From assembly GCF_009914755.1 (NCBI RefSeq), contig NC_060932.1: a DNA stretch of 64,000 nt; one strand, 5' to 3'. A model generated the notes under the pieces. That model was not told the DNA's origin and did not search any database. It worked only from the letters and a program-made list of their open reading frames with translations. Shown piece after piece: positions 20,366 through 33,404 of the stretch; the stretch's first letter is position 1, and each line of letters begins with the position of its first letter. The position numbers and the translations under genes were made by a program. Origin of the DNA: the human T2T-CHM13v2.0 reference genome, Homo sapiens.

Positions 20366-21404
20366 ACACTGGGAGGAAGATTTCCCACAAACTGATATAA
20401 AATCTGAATTTCACAACATTATAATATCTTAAGGCTACTTGATTTCCAGAGGTGATCAAATTTCACCTGTCTTGAGCCAAAAATGCTCATAGGGATTCAA
20501 GAAGATTCACCACCTCCCCTGGCTACTCCACAAGGCCCCTCACAGATTCTAAATTTTAATTTCAGGAACCTCTATCTTTGATAGAGACACAACTATTAAA
20601 ACCTGGAAAATCCCCCCAAAATTAGTCTTTAACAAGGGACTCCAGATTGACCCAAACCACATTCTTCCCAGGTCTACTCAGCAACTCAGGGACACTGTGC
20701 ACATTTTGCACTAACAAGAATTCCATAACTCTAAATTAAGTTTAAGGTAAGACAAAGCATGGATCGATTGCTTTCCAAGTGGGATGCTCTCTCCTGGCAT
20801 CCAGTGATCTCTGCAAGAGGCCCCTGCTTGTGCTTCAACAATGGCAGGAGTGCCAAATTCCAGGTGTATTTCCTGGGACTCAAGCCACATATCCAAGGAT
20901 TCTCAAACCTGTGAGTGGATTGAGAGCAAACCTCAGGTGGCACATATTCCATTTCCCTTCAGAGAAGTCTAAGTGCTCCTGTCTGAAACCAGGCAGTTCC
21001 TTCTGAGCACCTCTTTCAAATAAATCCCTGGTCCCAGTGAACATTAGCCCAGGGTGAATCATTGTCAAGTACCCCAGCCAGGAGAGCACTTTCTATCTTG
21101 GAAAGGGAATAAAAAAAAAAATCTCAAAGATAATAAGAGCTGCCTAAGAAGATGTTTGTTCATTTAGTCCTGCCAGTCATGAGCTTCATTTGTCAGGGTT
21201 TTCAATTAGATCCCATCACACACAGTCCCCTCTCCAGTCAGCCCCAGACAACTTTTGTTTGCATTACACGGATGAATAAGGATGGACCTTTGCAGGCTTT
21301 CTTACCCTCTCTGCCTCCTGCCCTGCCTTTTTCCAGCATGCTGGAATCCTTCTCCCTTACCTGACCATAAAACCTAATTGCTCTTTGTCAAACATCTACC
21401 TTGC

Positions 21405-21544
21405 TTTTCTTTCTTTCTTTTTTAAACAGAGACAGGGTCTCGCTGTGTTGGCCAGGCTGATCTTGAACTACTGGCCTCAAGCAATATTCCTGCCTCACCC
21501 TCTCAAAGTGTGGGCATTACAGGTGTGAGCCTCCATGCCCGGCC
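21405..21544 (-). mobile_element. FLAM (free left Alu monomer)
   Basis: Left monomer only, flanked by ttgctttt on both sides. Confidence 0.85.
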
Positions 21545-21989
21545 TATGTTGCTTTTCCATGTGACTTTTTTTATAGTGCTGAAAAGAATTTCAATGTCCA
21601 AAATAAAACCCCAATTTTTGGAATGCTATTAACAGGGATGTGACACTGTCAACACTCTTGCTGGTAATAACACTGCAATCCCCCTTTTAAGTTTTGCTAT
21701 TTATGACTGACGCAGAAAAGATGCAGTTTCAGTGTGGATTCCAGTGTGGTTCTGTGTGCCAAACTCATTGGCTGTCCCCTGAAATGCCCACAGTTGAGAG
21801 AGCCAATGTGCTGTGTGCCGAAGATTGCAGCAGCTGGGGAATTTGCTCTTGAAAAACTTCGCTGAAGAATTTAGTACAACGGTGAAGCAATGTTTTGGTT
21901 TTGTCACTGTTCAAAATTTGGCAGGACTTAGAGGCTGGAATGTGAAGTTATGGAGATATCATGTAAGATAAATTTCCAACCATGATATC

Positions 21990-22297
<308 letters not shown>

Positions 22298-23016
22298 TGA
22301 CCATCAGCTGAACAATCCACTTTTGATAATGCCAAATCCACAAGCCCTACATGTCACTTTCACTATGATATCCCTTACAACCTGCAATTCAGAAAAAAAA
22401 GTACTGACCTTCAACTTAGTTTCACATGGGGTCTGGGTTTTCTTCCCATTCTACCTGCTGATCATTTATAGGAAAGTGGGTAAATCACTTGACCACATTT
22501 CAGTGACCCATACGGCTGGAGCAGGACAAAATGAAGGACGGCAAGGTTAGAGGGGCAAGAAACATGATGTACATGTAGTCAGTTTTTGAGCTCTTTAAAT
22601 ATCTTGTAAAATATCTGACCTTGCAGACGGTAGAGGATCTTGCAATTTAATGCAAATCTGTAAATGCTTTTTAAAGAGAAGAATTCTTCTTGCACCATTA
22701 TTAATTACCTTGAAAATAATGATTCCTAAATTTAGAGCCAATATATTGAGTTTTTTTTTTCCAAGTGGGTTACCAGTAAACATCTTTGGCTTACACCATA
22801 TTGGGAACAGATGGCTGGATGTCAGACAAAAGGCCTGGACTGAGGTCAGAAGAGCTGCATTCAAGTCCCAGCTCTGCCACTCTCAAGCCGCGCGGGCTTG
22901 AAAGCGTCTTTTTCCTTCCCTTGACCTTGTTTGCCTCAGATGTAGGAAAGCGAGGCGAGGCTATCCATGCTTATAAGGTGTACGGCTTTTAGCGGTGCTG
23001 GGTTTTGAGTGCGGAC

Positions 23017-23404
23017 TGTAGTGGACACTCTGGATCCCGTCACTGCCCCTATCTGTGCACTCCACATCTAACAGCCTGCATCTGGGGCTCACTTCTCAGG
23101 GCTGCCCTTGGACTACCAGAGCCATTTTGTACTCAAGCCCAAAGAACTGAAGTGTCCAGGAGTTTATACCCTCTCTCTTCTTAGCTGAAACCTAATTTGG
23201 GGGTGTTCAGCTCCCTTCCCCATGTCGGGACAAACTCAGAAGTAATTCCTCCCACAGAGCTCCACTATAGGGTCAGGCTGAGGCTGACACCCTCACCCAG
23301 CCTCTTCTTTCCCTATCCAGCTGTCTCACTCTTTTTTTAGTTTCTCCTGGGAAAATTTCTTTAATAAATCCTTGATCTGTTTCTGGGGAACCTGACATAA
23401 TCAC
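23017..23404 (+). mobile_element. LTR16-like ERVL solo LTR
   Basis: tgtagtggacac start. tttctcctgggaaaatttctttaataaatc..tgtttctggggaacctgac end. Confidence 0.7.
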
Positions 23405-23899
23405 ACATTTTCATAGGCAGAGCAAAACAATAATAATAATAGTAGAAGAGCTTTCTTCATCTGAGGTGCTATGTTACTGAAAAGTAAAGAGATTTGTACC
23501 TGAAACAAATAGACACAGACTCACAGCACCTAAGAGTCACTGAATCTCTCTGACTGGTGGATGAGATGTTCTTGTCAAGAATCTCATCTAATTTAAAACT
23601 CCACTTTCAAAGTGGTCCTGAAAAGACATCTGTGTGTCTTGAGCTTGGTAATCCCAACAAATGGGGGTGGTCGTAAGACATGGTGCATTGGGGTTGAAGT
23701 CTGCAGGTTAATCCAGGACAGAAACCGCAGAGAAGGAACAGTGCTCAAAGCCAACCTTCAATGTTGGCTGCATGAACAAAGGGACGTAGCCATGAAGCAG
23801 AGTATTACCTGGTTCCTTAACCAAATGCCCAGGCCCAGAGATGCGTTGAGTGTCAAATGGCCTTTCCCTCCTTTGTAGCCTGCACTGCCCTTCCATCTT

Positions 23900-24320
23900 C
23901 CTAGTTCCTTCCTTCCCTCCTGAACAAGTGTGAACAACTATGTGTCAAACATCAGTGAGGCCCAGTGGATATGAAGACCCTGTTCACAAGGGTCTATGGT
24001 CCAGGTAGGACCAGCAAGAATGTGCAATGGTGTATTAACCATGGTGTTTTCAATATCTCTGCAAATTATAAGGAGGCTACTGGCTATATCTAGAAAGCTA
24101 AAAATGTTCTCCTAGAGAAGTGGACGTTCGAGGTGAGATTTGAAAAATTCCGGCAGGGGACAGGATGCAGGCAGGAAGAGTGGGGCATTCCCTACAGAGG
24201 ATCCTAAGAGCAAAAGCCAGAAACAGGAAGCTGCAGGAGCTGCCCCGAGGGTGACTCACTGTGGCCACAGTGAGCACCTGTTGGGGAGACAAGGTAGGAA
24301 GAAAGATATCAGTTAAGATC
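23900..24320 (-). mobile_element. L2 fragment
   Basis: caactatgtgtcaaac and ggcattccctacagaggatcctaagagcaaaagcc resemble the L2 3' region. Confidence 0.5.
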
Positions 24321-24327
24321 GGAGAGG

Positions 24328-24644
24328 GGCCAGGAGCGGTGACTTACACCTGAAACCCCAACACTCTGGGAGGCTGAGGCAGGAGGATTGCTTGAGCCCA
24401 GGAGTTCAAGACCAGCTTGGGTAACATAGCAAGACTCAGTCTCTACAAAAAGTAAAAATAAAAATAATTAGCTGGGCGGGCAGCATGTGCTTGTAGTTCC
24501 AGCTACTGGGGAGGCTGAGGCAGGAGGATTGCTTGAACCCAGGAGCTCTAGGCTACAAGGAACCATGGTCAGCCACTATACTTCATCTGGGGTGACAGAG
24601 CAAGACCCTGTCCCTATTGAAAAAAAGAAGAAAAAAAAGGAAAA
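24328..24644 (+). mobile_element. AluJ
   Basis: J-type dimer. Degenerate TSD aagatcggagagg / aagattggaaaagg. Confidence 0.9.
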
Positions 24645-25527
24645 AAGATTGGAAAAGGAAGCTACAGAGGAAACAACATAATATCCTTCCATGCACGGTA
24701 AGGAGTTTGAGCTTTATCCCGTGGGCAGGGAGGAGGGATGGATGGGAATGTCCTTCAAATACCTCCAAGGTCACTCATCTGGCTCCTCATCCCTCAGCCC
24801 CCAAACCCAGAAATGGTGGGTGCTCAGGGGGCTGCATACCTTTCCTGGAACTCCCTATTCTTGCCCCACCAATGACACCAGGGGAAGAGTCTGTGAATTT
24901 AAACCAGCTTTCAGCTCTGCTGCAGGGCCTTGAAGTTGCTTAATGAATAGGAACGCGATAACCTGTTCTCCACAAAAGGAGGAATTAAGAACTCATTTAT
25001 ATCAGTGACAGGGTAGAAAGAAAACAGCAATCTTACTCTGGCCAGATAATGGAGATACCAACCCCTGCTTTATGGAGTCTTAATTAGATCTCCTCGGTCC
25101 TCTTGTTTTTATTTCATGTTTGCCTTTTTAAAAAATTAAGGAAGAACAGCCATGATCTCCCACAACGCGAGTGCATATTTTATGGACAGGACATGGGTAA
25201 TGAGACTGTGTTCTAACAATTCACGGGGGGTGGGTGAGTAGGGAGGGGAAGGTGGAATTTGTTTTGCCAACGGCACATGAATAATCACTTCTCATAATGA
25301 ACTCTCATTCTAAAAGCACCACGAGCTACCTAAGGATGAGAAGGACCTGCTGCAGGAATCTCAACCAGAGTGGTTTCCAGGGTGAGGCGGGGAACAAAGG
25401 CAGGGAGAACCAGAACCACAATAAACGGTCATGAGAAGAAATTTCATGGGGGTCATTTTCACATTTCATGGCTTTTCCTTTTTGGAGCAAAAATGTGACC
25501 AACTCAGGAAATTTAGGAGTGAGACAC

Positions 25528-26414
25528 TGTGATGTTGTGATCTGATGGATGGATGGATAGATAGATGGATGGATGGATAGATGGATGGATGGATAGATAG
25601 ATAGATAGAATTGATAGGTAGATTGGTAGGTAGGTAGGTAGATAGCTGTAGATTTTCATCTACAGTTCCTGGCTCATAATCCCCATGGCCCTTGTTACAG
25701 TCTTTTGCTATAATGTTGGCTGTGTTAGGCCTCAAGAAACAGAATCTCCTGACCTTTCCTGGCCTCCTTTCACCTGTCCCAGGCAGGACTCGAATCTTCC
25801 CTCACCTTTCTGATTGTGGGTCTTAAGAGTCCCACCCCAGAGAAGGCCCTGTCCTATATCGTGGGGAAAGGAATGCTGACACCATGAAGATTCCATAGAA
25901 ACCCAAGAGGACTGAGTTAGGAGCTTTCAAATGGCTGAACACGTGGAGGTTCCTGGGGGTGGGGCCCAGGGAAGGCAGGGAGGCTCCGCAACCCTTCCCC
26001 CATGCCTCACCCCACACACCTCTTCATCTGTATTTCTCATAATATCCTTTATAATAAACAGATAAGTGTTTCCCTGAGTTCTCTGAGCCACTCCAGCAAA
26101 TTTGTCAACCCAAAGAGGGAGTCCTGGGCACCCCAGCTTGAAGCTGGTTGGTCAGAAATTCCGGAGGTCTGGGCTTGCGAGCGGTGTCTGGGGTGGGAGG
26201 GCATTCTTGGGGACTGAGCCCCCACACTGTGGTGTCTGACACTCTCTCTAGGTAGACAGTGTTGGAGTTGAATTTGAGGAAGCCCAGCTGGTAGCCACCA
26301 CTTGGTGTGTGTGGGAAAAACCTGCACCTTTGGTCACAGAAGTCTTCTGTGTTGATGATTGTTGTTGGTGTGAAAGTAGAGGAGAAACTCAGTTTGAAAG
26401 GTTTTTTCAAAACA
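25528..26414 (+). mobile_element. MER21 (A/B-like) solo LTR
   Basis: tgtgatgttgtgat start, tttccctgagttctctgagccactccagcaaa, AATAAA at 26053, ends ..aaaaca. TSD gacac/ggcac. Confidence 0.88.
25546..25645. repeat. Compound (GGAT)/(GATA)/(GGTA)n tetranucleotide repeat
   Basis: Direct inspection, inside the 5' end of MER21. Confidence 0.95.
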
Positions 26415-26469
26415 GGCACCCAAAAGGGAGCAAGGTGGAAGAGGTAAGTGCCATGCCCGGAACAGATGT

Positions 26470-26600
26470 CAGCACCAGGAGGCTTGAGTCTGGGTCCTAG
26501 CTCTGCTGTTGACTGGCTTGTGACACTGGGCAAGTTAGTTTCTCCGTCGGAGATTTGGTTTATTTGCCAGTAAAACACAACAAAATTAGATCCAGTGATC
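26470..26600 (+). mobile_element. MIR
   Basis: agctctgctgttgactggcttgtgacactgggcaagtta core. Confidence 0.7.
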
Positions 26601-26656
26601 CCCTGGCCCCACCCAATTCCCTCAGGCTTTGAGAGTGAGAGAAAAAGTTAACACTC

Positions 26657-26943
<287 letters not shown>

Positions 26944-27485
26944 AAAAAGTTAACACCCCAGAGTCAATCTAGAGGCGAGGAGGGAGCCCTAGCCCAAGGT
27001 GGAAAAAGCATTTCCCCTGAAGGGCTCCACTGGCTTCAGGTGACATCAAAGTAAAGTCAAGAGATTTCACCTAAACTCTCAAAGACATGTAAGCCAGCCT
27101 GGACAAGAGTTCTGCAAATCCCTCCCAGGAGAAATCTAACACTGTAAAGTTGGTTTTGTGCCAGGGAGACTCTAAATAGCAGTTTCAGTTGAGTTTCAGT
27201 TTTCTGAAAACAAGCTTGGTGGACTGCTATTCCTCATCAATCCACCCAAGATAAGTACTCACATCTTCCTTCTTGGGCAGCTCCACTCTCTTCGCTCATT
27301 GCTCTCCACTGGTTTCCGTGTGCACCTTCTCCATTTCCATGGGTGTGTGGCTGTGCCAGGGCCATTCGGAGCCAGAGTCCAGCCCAGGCAGCAGACACCA
27401 CGGCAATAAGACACACAGACGTCAGGATCTGTGGGATTCAGCAAATAGAAAACAAGGCCAGAAAAATAGAGACAAAAATCAAATT

Positions 27486-27800
<315 letters not shown>

Positions 27801-27839
27801 TCATCTTGTCAGAGACGTAAGCTTCCAGATGTTTCCAGA

Positions 27840-28060
27840 AGGAAATAGCAAACCGCAGCTGGTGGGCCAAATCCAGTCCATTGCACACTTTGCAAATACA
27901 ATTTTATTGGAAAACAGCCACACCCATACATTCATGTATTGTCTGTGGCTGCTTTTGCACTAAAACAGCAGAACAGAGTAGCTGCAACAGGAACCATAAG
28001 GCTCATAAAACTCAAATGATTTACTGCCTGGCCCTTTACAGAAACGCTTGCCGACTGGTG
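27840..28060. mobile_element. MER58A (hAT-Charlie MITE)
   Basis: gggccaaatccag..ttttattggaaaacagccac..tgtctgtggctgctttt..tggccctttacagaaa. Confidence 0.85.
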
Positions 28061-29284
28061 GCTTTGAGTGTGATCCAGCATGCGTAAGCAGCTGACCTGC
28101 TTTATATAGAGTGGTGGACGCTCCCGGTCTCCCTCCTTGACCCCCAGGCAGAGCTTCCTTCAGGAGGCTGGCACTCTGATCAGGGCAAGTCCAGGCAAAG
28201 CAGCAGCCCCAGGCCTCCTCCCCACCCCGACCCCACCCCCGGGAATGGAGAGAATGCCCTACTTCCTCCCAGATCCACTGGAGGCCAGGAAGATGATGGC
28301 AAAGGAGAAAGCCACCAGGCCTCTTCAGGAGGAAGGACTGCCAGTGAAGCTCTCCCCTGCACTGTGGACAGGGCTCTAGCTCCACTGCTGTGGAAGAATT
28401 GGCCCCTTTCCTTTTCTCCATCACTCCCATTGTGCCTGCTCTTTCCCAGGCCTGGCCAGGAGAGGACTTCCGCATCCCTGGGCCTTATTTTAGAAGTCAC
28501 CCCATGCTCAGCCACCATCTCGGGCATGACCCTTCCCGAAGACAGGACTTTTGTCAGCCCGTCATCTTGTTTGATCAACATAGGCACTTGAATTCTCAAA
28601 GAAGCCACATTGATCATGCACTTGCTAAATGGCTGCTAAGCGCCCACCGTGTGCTGGCTGCTGTGCTCAGCACGAGGGAAAGAAAGAGGTAGGACTTAGG
28701 CTCTGACTCCAAGCCTGCTGCCCACAGTCCACCATCCTGCAGCCCCCATCAAATGTCCTGCTGATCCTCCTCAAGCGGGAGTGTCAGAAATCCCTGATCC
28801 CAGACCATGCGATCTATTTAGGATTTTAATTTATGACTATTGTAACTGACTATTGGTAAATTACAACTCTCCTATTGCCAAAAGACTTAAAAGTGGATAG
28901 TAAATCTGTTAAGAAATTACATACCTATATTTACATATTTTCATATTTTTAAAAAGAGCAGATACAGAATCAGCTGCATTGGTTCAAATGTGTGTGAGGG
29001 CAACCTCAGGTTTTGGGACATCCTCAGAGATTTGTGGAGAGGAACCCTGATGAGAGCTGCAGAGGCTGTGATGCAGCTCATGGGCATGAATATTCCTGTC
29101 CATGAAGGAGTCTGCTCACCAAGCCAGCTCCCATGCAGGCAGAGTGAGGGGGCATAAGTCTCAATGGAATAAGCATTTGGGCAGGCACAGAGCAGAGGGG
29201 AAAGGAGAGAGACTGCTATGTGTTAGGTGGTGGAGACACAGTCAGGATGGGAAGGCTGTTGCCCAGCCTGAGCTATGAATGTTG

Positions 29285-29285
<1 letters not shown>

Positions 29286-29316
<31 letters not shown>

Positions 29317-29320
29317 TTTT
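29286..29320. repeat. (ATTT)n microsatellite
   Basis: Direct inspection. Confidence 0.95.
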
Positions 29321-29943
29321 AGAAATAAGAACCAAATGACAGCCTCCTGATCCTCTCCAGAAAGGTGCCCAAGGTGAGATCTGGATATCCAGGGATTCAT
29401 CCAGGGACGTGAAGATGAGCCCAGCAAAGGTATGAGAAAGTTTCTCTCTTAGGGAGCTCTTCTTTCTGGCCAGGCCCTAATTGTAATTTACGGAATGTTT
29501 CTTTCATAAAAAGAGAAGTCACTGACTGAAATAGCTGCTTTTGCTTGCAAGTCTCTGTGAGAATTCTCCAAGGTCTCTTTCCCTTTCTTTGCCCTCTGGG
29601 AGCACAGATCAAGTACGCACTAGAAGAATCTATTTGAAGCACTCCCTTCAGCAGGTTAACCAGTTGTTGCATTAGAAATATACCTATAGCAGCAAAACAA
29701 AATGTTTGGATTGGGTCTGATGTGATTATTTATTCCAGGAACAAGTCATATGTATGATTCTCACCATTTTAATAATGGGTTGACATCATTTCTGGCTAAA
29801 TGGGGATTATCCAGCCATTAACTAAAGCTAAGCCGGTGGCTTCCATAGAGGGGCCTTTTCCTCCTGCAGCCTGGGCTCCAGGGAGGAACACCTGGACCTG
29901 GCTGCAGGTGCGTGAGCTTCCAGATGGAAACAGACTCTGTCTC

Positions 29944-30790
29944 TGCATACGAAAAACTCCCTTTACCCATGCTTTTCCTCTGCTCTCACACCAGAAGAAC
30001 AATCATCAACGCAGAGGAAGATTCCTGAGACTAAATGTGGGGGCAGGGGGTGTTTCCACACACACCAAGCAGTGGACACAAGTTGGGGTCCTCTAATCCA
30101 GTTTTGACGCTGTCTACTCAGAGGTAGCATCAGATCCCACAGGCTAGGGGCTCAATTGCCAAGACTGCCCACCCCTCCCTGCTCGCAAGTCCAGGCTTCC
30201 GGAACTCCTGGCCAACCTGTTTCGAGTTGGGGTTCCCATGACTCCCTCACTGGGTTGGATTCATTTGCTGGAGTGGCTCACAGAACTCAGGGAGACACTT
30301 ACTTACATTTACCAGTTTATTATAAAGGATTTTGCAAAGGATACTGATGGAGAGACATGAGGGTGAGGTGTGGGGAAAGGGGTGCAGGGCCTCCATGCCC
30401 TCCCTGGGCATCACCGTCCAGGAACCTCATATGTTGGGAAGCTTTCCTAACTCAATCCTCCTGGGTTTTTATGAAAGCTTCATGTCATCAGCGTTCCTTC
30501 CCTCGGGGTATATAGGATGGAGGCTTCTCAGGGGAGCACCTTAAGACCCACAGTCAGAAAGGCAGGGAAGAGTGAATTCTGCCTTGGGGCAGGTGAAAGG
30601 AGGGCAGGAGAGAGGTTCTGTTTCCTGAGGCCTAACACAGCCGCCATTACAACAAAAGACTCTAACAAGAGATGTGGGAGTTATTGATCGGGAACAGGGG
30701 GTGAAAACCCATATATAGGTTAGATAGGTGATACAGATGCAGATGATGATACAGAGACAGAGACAGATATAGAGATATCATAACATCACA
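29944..30790 (-). mobile_element. MER21 (A/B-like) solo LTR, inverted relative to 25528-26414
   Basis: atttgctggagtggctcacagaactcagggagacactta is the reverse complement of the first copy. Ends cataacatcaca. Confidence 0.88.
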
Positions 30791-33404
30791 TGCTCAAAGA
30801 GGTCCTGTGCTCTCTCAGCCCCCCAGGCCTCTGCCTGTGCTATTCCTTCTGCCTGAGGGTCCCCTCCTGACTCCCCCGTTTCTCCACACTTTGCCTGGCT
30901 TAGGACCCACGCCTTCATTCACAGCTCAGACCTCAGCTCCTCTCCGAGCTCTTCCTGGCCTCCTACAGACAGAGGGATGGGCACACTCTTCTGGACTGGA
31001 CTGGCCCTTGCCCAAGTCCCCATTAGAGCCTGTAGGTGATTTCTCCCACCAGACCAAGTGGCCCAAGGATGCTGGATCACATCTGTCTTCACATCTTCAA
31101 CAGGGACATTAGGCAATCAGAAATAAGAGATTTGAGCCCTAGCCGGCAGACACCTCTTGCATCTGTGGTCACAGGTCTGGGGTTCCTTGCAGGGAAGCCT
31201 CCTGGAGCAGGATGGCTGGCAGATCCCTGGGGGTATGTCCCGGGCAGAGCCCAGTCAGGTACACAAGATAGAATCAGGGAAGGCTGCAGTCCTGGGAATG
31301 ACTTTCCCCAGGCATGCACTGTCTTCTCCTCATCCTCTCCGCCATTCCACATCATTGCCCCCTTATCTCTCTGCACCCAGATCCCAACAGAGTTAGAATC
31401 TGCACCGCAGATCAGGAGCTACTGCTTCCAGTTCCCAACAGAGGGGCTAACTCAGAATCTCAACAACTGTCAGAGCCAGAAAGGCTGAAAGATCACCTGG
31501 TCCAGGGCTTCCAGCTGTGTTCAGCAGGATGGGGTGGGATAGGATCCTCGGAGTGGGATGGAGATGCCCCTCGAGCCACCTAGTGTGCACATCTGAGGGG
31601 AGGTTCTCAATCAGGGGTCTCTGGACCACTTCAACCTCTCCCCTTTTGAGAGCAGTTTTACTTTTGATTTGATCTGTAATAGCCATAAAGTTGCCTTCCA
31701 CATGAAATAACTTTTTAAAAAATTATTAGAGATAAATAAAACAAGACAGAAAACCTCGAGGACTAGAATAAGAAAGTGATTTGTCCAAGGTCATAAGATG
31801 AGTAAACATCACATCCAGGACTAAACTTAGTAATTTCACCCCCCTGCACACTATCCTGTCCCATCAGCCACACTCTGGTAGCAACAACACTGTTTCCAAA
31901 CCCATTCACACTTCCAGATTCTGGTCAAAGCAAAGTTTCTAGGCAAACACCCAGAGGCATAAGCAGATGATGGCAGTTTTGTCTCCATGTTTAAGTGGAG
32001 CTGACTCTACAGATGAATCCTCCGCATCCAAACATGTGATCACTTAACCACACTGCTGCTCAAGACCCGAGATGTTCTTAACTCTGCAGTCATAGGGAGA
32101 ATGAGCCAGTGATCTGGGCAGGGCCTGTCTGGAGTGAAGAAGGGGCAGGCAGTTACCCAGGGAGTCAAGGCACTGAAGGTCACCTGGGTCCCATCTACCC
32201 CTGGCCATCACCTTCTGGTGTGACACAGAGCCCCCAGTGCCATGGTCCAATGAGGAATCCATCAGAGCTGTACAGGCAGAGCTGGGCTGATGGCCAAGAG
32301 ATGGCTCTTAAGAAGGGGCCCAGTGTCCTTGCAGTGGGACAGAAGGAGCTCCTGTTGGTCTGAACATCCAATGATTATGAAAGGAGGGAGTAAGAAGGGC
32401 AGGGAAACACAAATTCAAATGCAGTCTGAAACCTGGCATCAAGTGACCATGGTGTTATGATTCCACAGAACTTTACTTAGCAGCTGCCAGACCTAGGAAC
32501 ACTGTCCCCAAGGTTTCACACTTCTATCCAAAACTAACAAATCCTGTGACTATATAAGCCAGGCCCAACATTGTAATGTAGATAGTAGTCTTATCTTTAT
32601 TTTACAGATGAAGAAACTGAGGCCTAAAAATGTAGGCAGAGTCACTCAGATAGAGCAAACCTAGTTGATGTTCCTTGGGAATGCAGAGAGACACAGCAGA
32701 GAACCTGCTGCCATATCACCATCTACTCAATAAAGAGGAACTTTCTGGTGATAGGGATTGGGAATAGGAGGCTGTTGGATTAGAATTTTGAGCCAGGCAA
32801 CTGTGGCAGGTACTAGGTTGGAAATTGTCCCACCCTATGAAACCGCTTTCACCACACATTCAATCCTTTCATAAAGGGTTACCGGCCACCCACCATTGAC
32901 GCCAGGCACTCTCCTAGAAATCGGCTGCACAGCAATGAGCACATCTGCCATGGTCTATGCGTTCACAGAGAAAAGTCTGGAAGCTTTGTCCTGTGCCTCA
33001 CACTAGCGACACTCCTAGAGCAGACCTCCAGCTCCCATGTCACGCATGACTAGGGTCTCAACAGTGCATCACAATTTCATTTTACTCCCTGCATCTCAAT
33101 TCTCCCTGAATCCTCTTGCACTCAGACTCCTCTGAGCTCAGTTTGCTGTGTATGTCCCCCTGTGACCCACTAGACCTGAGGCTCTGCCCCACTTCCCTGG
33201 GCCGCCCTGACCAGCAGCTGATGGCAAACATGCAGCATGGACCAGACCCACCCAGCCTTGCACCCCATAAGAAGTGCTTTTTGATGTTAGCTGCAGCAGG
33301 ACCCACACCCCATCCACGTGGGGCTGGCTAATGAAGAAAGGTTATCAAATAGCCAGGACCTACCCACACCCCCGGAGGGACTGAGGTGTTAATATCACTG
33401 ACCA

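Noticed and set aside
27960-28692. Dense overlapping ORFs in a GC-rich segment
   Set aside because: ORFs occur in several frames on both strands with no domain, as expected from GC content.
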